Origin: Octopus sinensis
Lineage: Eukaryota
Reading direction: 5' to 3'
Length of the DNA: 64,000 bases
NCBI RefSeq assembly: GCF_006345805.1
Contig: NC_043002.1
Location: 16,306,001-16,370,000, forward strand
Part shown: positions 52,496 to 64,000 of the stretch, piece by piece
Layout: every line of letters begins with the position of its first letter
How positions within the stretch are numbered: position 1 is the first letter of the stretch
Position numbers and translations under genes: made by a program
Notes under the pieces: generated by a model
The model's database searches: none
The model's input: only the letters and a program-made list of their open reading frames with translations
Told to the model about the DNA's origin: nothing

Positions 52496-53350
52496 AATAT
52501 ATATATATAAAATTAGAGATAACACCACTATTAGGCATATCAAACAGTGAAAAACATAAACCAAAACATAAAAATAAAAATAATTAATATATATATATAT
52601 ATTATATATATATATATATAATATATATATACAAATATATACATAGATATACATACAAATACACACACGCACACCTGTATATAACTACACACAAACATTC
52701 ACAATCTGAAACACATGTATATGTGTTTGTGTATGTGTGCGTTTCTGTGAAAACATTTGTATATATGTAAGTATGTATGTATGTATGTATATATGTATGA
52801 ATGCACGTACGTATGCATCCATGCAATTATGTATGTATGTATCTTTGCATGCAGTCCGGGAGGTAGACCTGATTTTGAACACGCTTAATATGGCATACGG
52901 AATTTATGGAGGCTACCAGAGCGCTGAAAGTTGCTATTTAATATTTTGTCTTAAGGATTTACCTTTGAACTTTGATGAATGTCAAAGGTCAGAGTATATT
53001 TCAAACGATAAAAGATTTACACATTGCGTAGAAATATATTTCCACTTTCGTAACAGCGAAGAGATCAGAAGAGATATCAGCTTTGATCATAGCAATATAG
53101 GATGATGCAAGAAGGAGATGTCTTTTGAAAATATCTACTGAAACACACAGAGTAGTGAGCAGCAAATATCTGATTATCGCGATTATAGCCTGTTTGTCTA
53201 TCACTCGATCTCTCTCATCCGATATATGTGCCTACCACTCTCACGCTATGATTGATTATCACTTTGTGTGTATCTCTCTTCTCGTCTGTGTATTTCCTTC
53301 GCTTTGTATATATACGTATATGTAGATCTATATATTTAAATATATGTATG

Positions 53351-53416
<66 letters not shown>

Positions 53417-56150
53417 ATAATATATATATATATATAGATATATATATATATACATATATAATATATATATGTATATATATATGTGCGTGTGTGTGAGTGT
53501 GTCTGTGTGCAGTGTGTAATATATGATATGTGTGTTATATATGAAATATGATCTTAGTTATACATATATAGTGGTGTGTATGTATAAGTTTTTATACCTG
53601 TGTGTTTGTGTGTGTGTGTGTGTGAGTGTCTGTGTACTGATGTGACAGAATGTGCAATGCGGGATTGTGTAACAGTTTGAATGTTTTCTGTAATATATAT
53701 ATATATTTGTTATATAAACTTTTACACCAATATAAAAGTTGAGTATTTGTAATTTTCATACTCACAGTTCACTATTTGTGTCCTATAATATTTTGATTAT
53801 CCGTGTTTAAGTTTTTATAAGTAGAACTATACGTGCACACGACACATATATAGGAATATTGAGATGAATACACACATGCTGTCACATATACATACATAAC
53901 TCATTTACTTATACTTATACACATTTATTAAAAGGATGTAAGTAACCATCTTTCTGCCACTCTATTTCTAAGTACATATGAATATATATTCGTACAAACA
54001 CACAGACACACACTCGCACACACATGCACACACACTTATGGTGTGTACACCATATATATATGTTTGTATATATATGTGTGTGTGTGTGTGTGTGGTGTGT
54101 GTGTGTGTGTGTGCGTGCGTATGTGTGTGTGGTTGTGTGTGCGTTTGTACACCATGTATATGCATTCATTTATGGTTGCAAACAAATTGGAATTTTGTTA
54201 CGAAATACCAATAATATATTGCTGTCTAGATTTAAGTAAAAGTATGGTGATCCTTTGAAATGTATTATGAGATATTCGTTACAAAAACTAATAATATACC
54301 ATCTCTCAGTTTTAAGTAAATATACAGTAATACATTGAAATGCTTTAGGTAATATCACTGTTTATATTAGTAAATATTAATTGACATATTTTATTAATAT
54401 TGCAGCAAAAATGAAGTCTATAATTCTGTGAGTTTATTGAAATTAAGAAGGTGCCAATGAACAGATTCTAAAGAAGGAGATATATCCACTATTTATGGTC
54501 AGAACTGTATTTTGGTAATGAAATTTACCTTAAATGAATATGTTTGTCTATTTTTATGCCTATCTTTTATTCTCGCTTTATAGAATTAAATGTTCCTGGC
54601 TTCGTTTGCGTTGGTTCAAAGTTGTGATTATGTCAACATGTAATAAAAGCCTATGAGATTCATTAACATCCTGATATGCATGATAATTCTACGAAACTAT
54701 ATGCTTGATATATTCATCAATTATAATCACATGTTCAATTTAAAATTCACATTTCTTTATTGTCCTATCCCCGCGTATATATCTACAGTATAATAACATA
54801 TGCATTTAGATGTTTTCAGTTTCACTATACCAACATTAATATAAATGGATGTTTATCCGCTTTGTTGAAGAACATTATTTAAATTAGCGTGGAAGTGGTT
54901 GAGCCTCGCATGGCATGTTCGTTCCTTGTATACGCAAAGAGAATTTATGCAGTTCATTCTGATAAAGCTGGATTTGAAATTGCATGTCTGGAGAAATGAT
55001 TCTTGCCGAGTTTCTAATTCCAATCACCCGACAACATGGTAAATGCATATTGACGATAGATAGGTTTTATACACGCCATAATGCACATACTTCATTATAA
55101 CAACATTTTGTTTTAATATAGTTTCATACATAAACCCTGAAAAGGTTTAGGAAATTGTTAGCGGATAACATCGACTTAGTACTTCACTGGCACTTCATTT
55201 TGCTGATCCACGATGAAAGACATACAAAATAGATCTCGGTGAGTTTGGAGCTCAGAAATTAAAGAGCCAGTAGAAATATCGATAAGCATTTTGTTCGACA
55301 TTTCATTAATTCTGTTGAGTACTTTACACAAATATATTTCATGCATATAGCTGACACAGTTGTGTATGCATTATAACAACTTACAACAAAAATCCATGTA
55401 ATAATTAATAAGCCTTTCAACAAACGTTTGAAAATATCGAAATGAAAATCTGTAATAATAACAATTATGTGAGAATTCGTTTATAACACCGTACAATAAT
55501 ATGAAAAATCTGTGTGTTTCATTTTGTTGGTCTACAGAAAATTAATACTTAGTTTCATCTTTGAAAAGAAAATACACGATAACTCGAACTTCTATGATAG
55601 AGGGCTCTTGATTATTTTTTGCTCTTTCATACGTGGCAGTAATAGGAAACATTAAATGATTCATTGAATTTCTAAGTGTTTAAATTTTGGACGTCTAACA
55701 ACCATTGCCAGTGTGTGCTTTATATATCTAATGTCACTTTTACGTGATGGAATGCTGTGTCTGATGCAGGAAAATTTCTGGTCATAACTTTAGTAACCAC
55801 TAACACTATGATGGCAAGTTAAAATAGATTACTTCCCACTTCTTAATCCATCCGAATGAGATGGATGTTTAATTCTAAATATTCTAAATTTAGTTCTCAA
55901 TGATAGGAATTTTAGCGAGAATCTAGCTGTCGGGAAGAGGTTATCCATGCGGACACTTTTGATATTAGCCGCGTGTGTTTTCTTTCTGAAGATAAAAAAA
56001 GTTTAAAATAATAACAATGACAGAAAAATGTAGTCCCTCATTTGATGCATCGATAATATATTAGAAGTTGCAACCACTCGTTTCATGGTTTTTAAGCACA
56101 CAATTACAACCTTAATTATATAAAGATGAAAAGGAATTGAAATAATATAT

Positions 56151-56285
56151 GGAGGAGTGGCTCTGTGGTAAGAAGCTTGCTTACCAATCACATGGTTTCG
56201 GGTTCAATCCCACTGCGTAGCACCTTGGGCAAGTGTGTTCAACTATAGCCTCGGGCCGACCAAAGCCTTGTGAATGGATTTTGTA

Positions 56286-56370
<85 letters not shown>

Positions 56371-56592
56371 CGTGTGTGTGTTTGCGTGTGTGTGTGTGTT
56401 TGTGTATCTGTGTTTGCCCTCCCACCATCGCTTGACAACCGATGCTGGTGTGTTCACGTCCCCGTAAAATAGCGGTTCAGCAAAGAGACCGATAGAATAA
56501 GTACTAGGCTTTAAAATATTTAGAACTGCGGGCGATTTGTTCTGCTAAAGGCCGCAGTCAAATGACTGAAAGGAATAAAAGAATAAAAGAAT
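56151..56592 (+). mobile_element. tRNA-derived SINE (same family as 29577)
   Basis: ggagtggctctgtggtaagaagc..gggttcaatccc..(TA)n(TG)n..gcagtcaaatgactgaaa. Confidence 0.9.
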
Positions 56593-56742
56593 ATTAATGC
56601 AAAACATATTTTGATTTCCGAAAAATGTTCAGCACCTCCCAAACAGGTGAAACAATAGAGATAATATTGGTTTCACTTTCGGCACAATGCCAGCAATTTT
56701 GGGAGGTGAGGGTAAGTCGATTGCAGGTACTTATATTAGTCA

Positions 56743-58098
56743 ATAGACAGTTTAAACTCTGGTCAAGAAAATAATATCAGCATAATAGGTGTAGAAAATG
56801 TGTGGAAAACGAATATGAAAACAAAGATTTGAGCGAGCAAACGCGCTGAGAGGACTTTAGGAAAATACACAAGATCCGATTTTCCCTCATAACATTCAGG
56901 AAAATAGATATGTATTTATGAAATTTTATAGATATAGCGTTCAAATGGCACAGATTTTGAGAGAAAACGTTTTCCAAAAGGGTGGTGTAAAGATTTAGGA
57001 AAATTCACACGATTTGTTTTACCCCTCATTACTTTCAGGAAAATGAATATTTTTTAATGCAACTTTACAAAAATACGTTTCAAAGATCATAGATTACAAC
57101 TATGAAGAAATTCGTGGGAGGAAAAGTTTTACGAAGGAGTAGGGAAAGAACTGTCGGAAAGTTCACACAATCCATTTTTCCCACTTAATTTTCAGGGTCT
57201 AGTTTATTACCCGGTAACCTAATTAAAAACAAAAAAAAAATAGTCTACTAGGTGTAAAAGAACGTATCGAAAACGATTATGAAAACAAAAACAAAATGCG
57301 CAAAACAACGGTGGGGCACACTTTCTGAAAATGAACACAAATCTAACTTTTCCCTCGTAACTTTTTGGACAATGGATATTGTTTAACGGAAATTTGCAGA
57401 AACCTTTCAAGCGATATAGATTACGATTACAAAGAAATTTGTGGCGAAAATGTTTTCCTGAAAGTTCTGAGGGAAAAAGTCGAATTGGGTCAAAGTTTCC
57501 AAAAGCTCTTTCACCAGCCACCCAATTTTTTGTTCGTTTGCCCAATTTTTTTTTTTTCGTATTCGATTTCTACACCTATTAGAGTGAGGTGCTTTTGTAC
57601 TGGTGACCGGGTGCTAAACAAGTTCCCCAATGTTATGAAGGAAAAAAGACAATCGTGTGACCTTTTAGATAGTTCTCTCCCCAACGCTTTGGAAAACATT
57701 TTTCCCCACAAATTTATTTATAATGGTGATCTATGTCGTTTGAAAGGTGTGTCTGTAAACTTTTATTAAATGATATCCATTTTCCTGAAAGTAATGAGGA
57801 AAAAGATTGGATCATGCTAATTTTCTGAAATCCCATCCCCATCCCTCCGGAAAACATTTCTTTATAGTCGTAATTTGTACTGTGTGAACGGTATTTCAAT
57901 AAAATGTCATTAAGATATATCCATTTTCTTGAAATTTTTGAGGGGATGATAGGATCTGGGCAATTTCCTAAAGTCCTCTCCCCACTGACCCCGCATCCGT
58001 TTGCGCAAATTTTTGTTTCATATTTATTTTCTACACATTTTTTCATACCTAGTGGGCTGTTTAATTTTGTTTCCGTGACCGGAGCTTAAACTGTATAT
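56743..58098. mobile_element. Foldback-type DNA element with long TIRs built of ~150-bp subrepeats, with a related copy nested inside (about 57205-57612)
   Basis: Left acagtttaaactctggtca..gagaggactttaggaaaat matches the reverse complement of the right end (atttcctaaagtcctctc..tgaccggagcttaaactgt). Inner termini acccggtaacc / ggtgaccgggt. Confidence 0.7.
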
Positions 58099-58795
58099 TT
58101 ACCCTTGTTTTATCGAGACCGAAAGTACATATGGCTAATGCGACCGCGGCAGACTTTGATAATAATGAGAATATAGGCATCGCCTTTGAACAAAATTGAC
58201 AAAAGTTACAGAAGTGGAACACATTTTAAACACAACAAATTTTCATATGATGCTCAGATGTAGGTCTAGAAGGGTTAGATAAATAGTCTTTAGGAATAAA
58301 TGTATTTTATATTGTAAGCGTTAAGCTCATTCATGGCTAGCCCGCTCTTAGAAAAATTCCTAACGAAATAAAGTTGTATCTAGAATGTCATGTTACGTTT
58401 ACATATTCATATATCGGTAGATTAATAAATAAAGAGATACATACAAATAAAACATACGCTTTTCATAAACCGCAAACGTGAAATATGTGTTTATGCGCAT
58501 GTTTCTATACGTGTGTGCAGGTGTATTTATGTACATGTGTGTATATATGTGATTGTATGTGAATATGAGAGTGCAAAAGAGAACAAGAGATGGAAGGAGA
58601 GAGACATGTGTGTATATTCATGTACATGCGAGCAAGGATGTTTGAATTATTCAGTGGTTACATATGTATAGTTATATGTCATTTATTGGCGTTAGAGAAT
58701 GACATTCATTTCTGTTTATCCCTCTCTTCCCCTTGTCTCTCTGTTTATCTTAACCTCTCTTCGATTTGCCTTACTGTATATACATACATACATGC

Positions 58796-59100
<305 letters not shown>

Positions 59101-59484
59101 CCTTATACTTGCTTAGAAGTACAAATGCATAATGCATGCTAAAATGTTTACAAATACATCGAATTCATTGTATACATCGTTAAAACGTTCCCGTGTCACA
59201 CGTCTACCATATAATTTGCTGGTAAATGAGGCTTATAAACAATGCAATTGTACAGTTTTGAAATTCAATACAATAATTATTTCATCATTAATCTTTAAAA
59301 GGAAAACTGCTGTAAATTCTTGAGTTCTCTTATTTCTAACGACAAATTTATTCTTCAACAAATATTCTAATAATTGCTATTTAATTTACAATATTCGACG
59401 CTAATTATTTTAAAGGAATATTTGTTTACAATATAATTACTTTGAACTACACGTACATGTCACGCACACCCATGCACATATGCC

Positions 59485-59521
<37 letters not shown>

Positions 59522-60164
59522 GTGTGTGTGTGTGTATATACAGAGAGAGAGAGAGAGAGAGAGAGAGGAGTGAGACTGTAAATAAAACGAATTATAAATA
59601 CTACGTTCGGTTGCTAGGTTTCTTTTGTTTGTTTTTTTACATGTTTCACATGAATTTATTTTATACTATTCAAGTGTCCTTAGAAACTGTTATAGACATA
59701 CAAATGAGCATTCTGGAAATATCATAAAGGTCATGGTAGGGTTGGATATAATTGCATATTTGTGATGCATGCATCAATTATAATTGAACAAAAGGAAACA
59801 CATACTATGAATTTTCAAATGGAACTTATGTATTTAGCCAAGTATAAATTTGACATTTTGTCCGAATGAATTCACAGAAATTACATCAAAATTAATATAA
59901 TACTTGGATAATTAATTTAAGTATATACTTGGCTAATTATTTAAAGTATCTCGCTACGTATAGTGTCTTAAAACGTAAGTGAGCATTTATGTTATTTCCG
60001 AAACAATTATCAGCCCCTTTTATCGTTGCTTCTTAATGATAAATGCAAGACACTTAAATGGAGTATGATATATACAATTTCAACGTAGTGTTTTATATGA
60101 TTACATATGACATATAGTGAACTTGCTTTTATAAACCCAGATATAACCATGTGAGTACGTTTAA

Positions 60165-60410
60165 TGAAGATTATGGAGAAGATTATGGAGACAACGCAAG
60201 AGGAATATTTAACAAATAGGTTTATGCAATGGGTGCATTCCAGAAATATTGCCGTTTCTGGAAATATTGCTTACACCACGACTATTGGTATTAGAGAATA
60301 AGTTTATGCATATTGCATTTCAATGTTAATTAACGTAGCTTGCAATACATTTTAGCGCAAGTGAACGTGTAACCAAATATGTTGATAGGAATCAAATCAG
60401 TAGTGAATTC
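60165..60410 (+). pseudogene. Possible decayed pogo/Tigger transposase (CENP-B-type HTH) fragment
   Basis: EEYLTNRFMQWVHSRNIAVSGNI and FSASERVTKYVDRNQI loosely match EEALxxWFxQxRSxNIPISG and FxASxGWLxxFKxR. Confidence 0.35.
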
Positions 60411-61012
60411 TGCATGATGTCCGTCATAAAGAAAACAGACATTGCGCAATTTTACAGTTACTTACATTGTCATATCTAAATTCGACAAGGACAAAAGTAT
60501 AGGCAAATATTTGTTGACTATTAAATATGCAGAGCAAAAATGTGTATGATACATCTTGAAGATTGCTTGAAGGATGATCCTCCCCCAAACAAGCCTTTTT
60601 AACTGATTAAAAATATGCCATTTAATCCTTAGAGTCATATAAGGCTTCCTCAGTGTATACGACTTTGTGAATTTCAGTCCCCGAAACATTTGATGTATTG
60701 CTTTTGAAAGAAACCATTTTCTGTGCTTATACAACCATTTCGCACTTAAGTATCACTTACGACAGGAAGATATTCGTTAGAGGAGACACACAATTACTAA
60801 TTGAGGACATAACGAAGCAAATGGGAGATGGAGATCATAAATTTGCAATGTGAACCGCAACAAACGTGTGGTCTCTTGCATTTAATTTCTCTCTCTCTCT
60901 CTTAATCTGTGTGTTTTTTCTCCCACATTCTCTCTCTATCTTTCTATTTCAATATATCTATGCGTGTCTCTGTCCACCTGTCCATATATATATATATATA
61001 TATTATATATAT

Positions 61013-61178
61013 AGGTGCAGGAGTGGCTGTGTGGTACGTAGCTTCATTACCAACCACATGGTTCCAGGTTTAGTACCACTGCGTGGCGCCTTGGTCAAGT
61101 GTCTTCTACTATATCCGCGGGCCGTCCAAAGACTTGTGAGTGGATTTGGTAGACGGAAACTGAAAGTAGCCCCTCGTG

Positions 61179-61228
<50 letters not shown>

Positions 61229-61770
61229 GTGACGCATATTTGCCATTTGAATATGGCTAACCCCTAAGGGTGGATGCTACTGTAGTTTGTAGCCCCAGGA
61301 AGATATCTCCTCCAGCTGGCTATAGACACACTATCTGTGCCTATCAGTATTTGTGAAGGGAAGTCATCCTTCCTGTCTTCAAATTATGATACACATGGAC
61401 TCGAGTTTTAAGGTGTTTACCTATCGTTAGCGTGTGACAATCACAGTTGTCAATGAGAATTCAGGTTCCCTCACAAATACATATACTTTTTCCAGTGTCG
61501 ATTGACACTGATATTGAAAAAGTGAAATTAAACAATGATAAATCTCAGATTGAGTTATATAACAGTAGCGATAACACACATATATATATATATATGTACA
61601 TGTATTTATATGTGTGTGTTTGTGTTTGTTTCTGTTTGTCCCCCCAACAACGCTTGATAACAGAAGGTGGTGGGTTTACGTCCCCGTAATTCAGCGGTTC
61701 GGCAAAAGAGACTCGACTAAAGGCAGTGCTCCAGCATGGCCGCAGTCAAATGACTGAAACAAGTAAAAGT
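61013..61770 (+). mobile_element. tRNA-derived SINE (29577 family) split by about 380 bp of other sequence inside its central microsatellite
   Basis: Head 61013-61180, tail 61620-61770, unrelated sequence between. Confidence 0.75.
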
Positions 61771-61771
61771 G

Positions 61772-61819
<48 letters not shown>

Positions 61820-62121
61820 GGGATAAAATACATTTTAAGAACAGAAAAATTGGTCGGCAACCATTCATGAATCTCGAACTCGTACCACTTTAATATACGG
61901 TTAGACTGCTTCACAAACTAACTTATGTTTCTTTAGATATGACGTCATTACTATGACATCAAGCGTTTCTAGATTACTTTATAACTTCTAAAGTTGGATA
62001 AGAATTTATTGTTCGGCTGTTTAGCTTAAAGGTAGACTACTCTAACTGGATATTAGAGGGGTGCGATTTCGATCCTCATAGCTGGATTCCGACAAATTCT
62101 GCTGCTCTTAAAGGATTTTAT

Positions 62122-62173
<52 letters not shown>

Positions 62174-62180
62174 ATATATA

Positions 62181-62443
62181 ATCGGGGACTGCGATGCATA
62201 CGAGAATGGCCACTCCCTGTGCTAACCTAGTGATGGGATATCTAGAAATCAGTCTTTATCCCAAGTTACTAGAAAAATACGCAACCCATTCTCCCTCTAC
62301 AGAGAAAATAACCAGAAGTGGTATCTCGATGACTGCTTCATTCTTTGGCATGAAAGTATAGAGAGATTAAAGAATTTCAAGCACTTATTAATGGACTTGC
62401 CGTAAATATTCAATTTACGATGCAATATAGCCATCATCAACTC
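62181..62443 (+). mobile_element. Penelope-like reverse transcriptase fragment
   Basis: GTAMHTRMATPCANLVMGYLE (GxAMGxxxAP motif), then after frameshifts KWYLDDCFILW and INGLAVNIQFTMQY. Confidence 0.85.
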
Positions 62444-62738
62444 ATATCCCTCGACACCGGCACAACGTGCCTCTCAGTTGGACTGAGCTCGGAACCATGT
62501 GGCTGGAAAGCAAGCTTGTTACCACACAGCCATGCCTGTGCCTACATATATGTGCACACAAACGCAAACACATACACATACACACACATATAGACAGATA
62601 GAAAGATAAAGAGATATATAGATAGATAGATAGATAGATAAGGAGAGAGAGAGAGAGAAACAAATATCTTGAAAGGTAGTGTGATACATAAACAGCAATA
62701 AATATATGTATATATAGTTGTATATATATATATGTAAA

Positions 62739-62861
<123 letters not shown>

Positions 62862-63344
62862 ATATAATATATTATATATATATATATATATATACTCACG
62901 CACGCACACACACACACACTTATTTTGAGAGATGGAGAGTTTTACAGAAAGGCAGACAGAGAGGGAGAGAGAAGTACATATATCTTCCTGTACAGTTACA
63001 TTTAATTACTTCAGTATATAAGTGTGTGGTAGGCTGTGTTTTCTAAATGTACACTTTATATACAAAACGGACGTCTCCTTTGAAATTTAAGTTGCTTCTC
63101 TATACTGTTGCGAAATGATTTGTTGAAAATTGCAACTCAAAGAAGAAATATATTTTTCCGTCTTTTTGATGACTGTTTCCAGGGTTACAAACATGAACCT
63201 CCCGCCGAATTTCCCTTGCTGTCCGACTTCATCGATAGAAATAAGTATAATTTTTGTATCTGAATAACTCTTTAAATATGTTCCTGTCTCCAAAGTGGAA
63301 CCATACCATTATATATATACATATACATATATATGTGTGTGCTC

Positions 63345-63388
<44 letters not shown>

Positions 63389-63639
63389 GAGAATATACAA
63401 GCACACACGCACACGGGTCTATGTATATATAAATGCAAACAAAAGTATAGAGGGACCGAGTGTCGTCTGTATATGAGAACATAGAATCTATTTTGCAAAA
63501 TGTGAGTATTACAGCCTGTTCATTCTATCTACACTCGAATAAAGTAGTAAATCCATAGGTTATACACTCACTTTTTCTCCCTTTTTTTTTCTCCTTCTTT
63601 TCTCTTTTTCTCCTCTTTCTTCTTCACTCACTCATAATC

Positions 63640-64000
63640 CACTTCTGCCTATTGCGAAGTCTGGACAATTTACATTTAATCCAATGATTCAACATGAAAG
63701 CTTCATTCAAAATATTGACAAAATGCTGACTGGATTTTCCTGGGATTATACCTAACTGCCTATACCTTCATAGAAGTTCAGACCAACCTCCATATCCTCT
63801 CGAAAAAGATGAACTGTGAACTTTATTCTACTGTCTGTATTTTACTCTTTATTCTTCTATTTGAATATTCTTTTACACTTTATTCTTTATTCTTCTATTT
63901 TAATCCTTATTAACTACTAATTTCTCTGTCTGGCACTTCCATGCATAATCACCTTGTCTCTGATGACTGAATACCTAGTGCTCGGTCATGCTAGTCTATC
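63640..64000 (+). mobile_element. PLE pLTR-like repeat running off the window end, with a hammerhead 5' half
   Basis: Homologous to 35942-36120; tgtct CTGATGA at 63955-63966, as in the 35626-35701 copy. Confidence 0.65.

Overview
AT-rich eukaryotic genomic DNA, very dense in microsatellites ((TA)n, (CA)n, (GATA)n, (TAA)n, (TATG)n). The repeat families look like those of octopus / coleoid cephalopods (inference from repeat content, not a database match). Almost all long ORFs in the supplied track are microsatellite translation artefacts. The main recognisable content is transposon-derived: one internally deleted mariner; LINE fragments of the CR1-like, R4/Dong, RTE, probable HERO and Penelope-like (PLE) groups; several tRNA-derived SINE families; a Helentron-like non-autonomous element; and a nested foldback element. 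No rRNA, genuine tRNA gene, CRISPR array or identifiable host gene was found. Two unexpected layers were found by hand. (1) About a dozen type-I minimal hammerhead-ribozyme motifs or half-motifs from at least four sequence families. One (20819-20865, minus) has a fully intact catalytic core; many sit in palindromic or direct-repeat mini-elements with PLE-like architecture. (2) A set of very short minus-strand candidate exons (6-39 nt) with canonical splice signals that can be joined in one open frame across about 45 kb, including a 6-nt microexon preceded by UGC motifs. The exon chain is a hand-built hypothesis with selection bias and needs RNA-seq.
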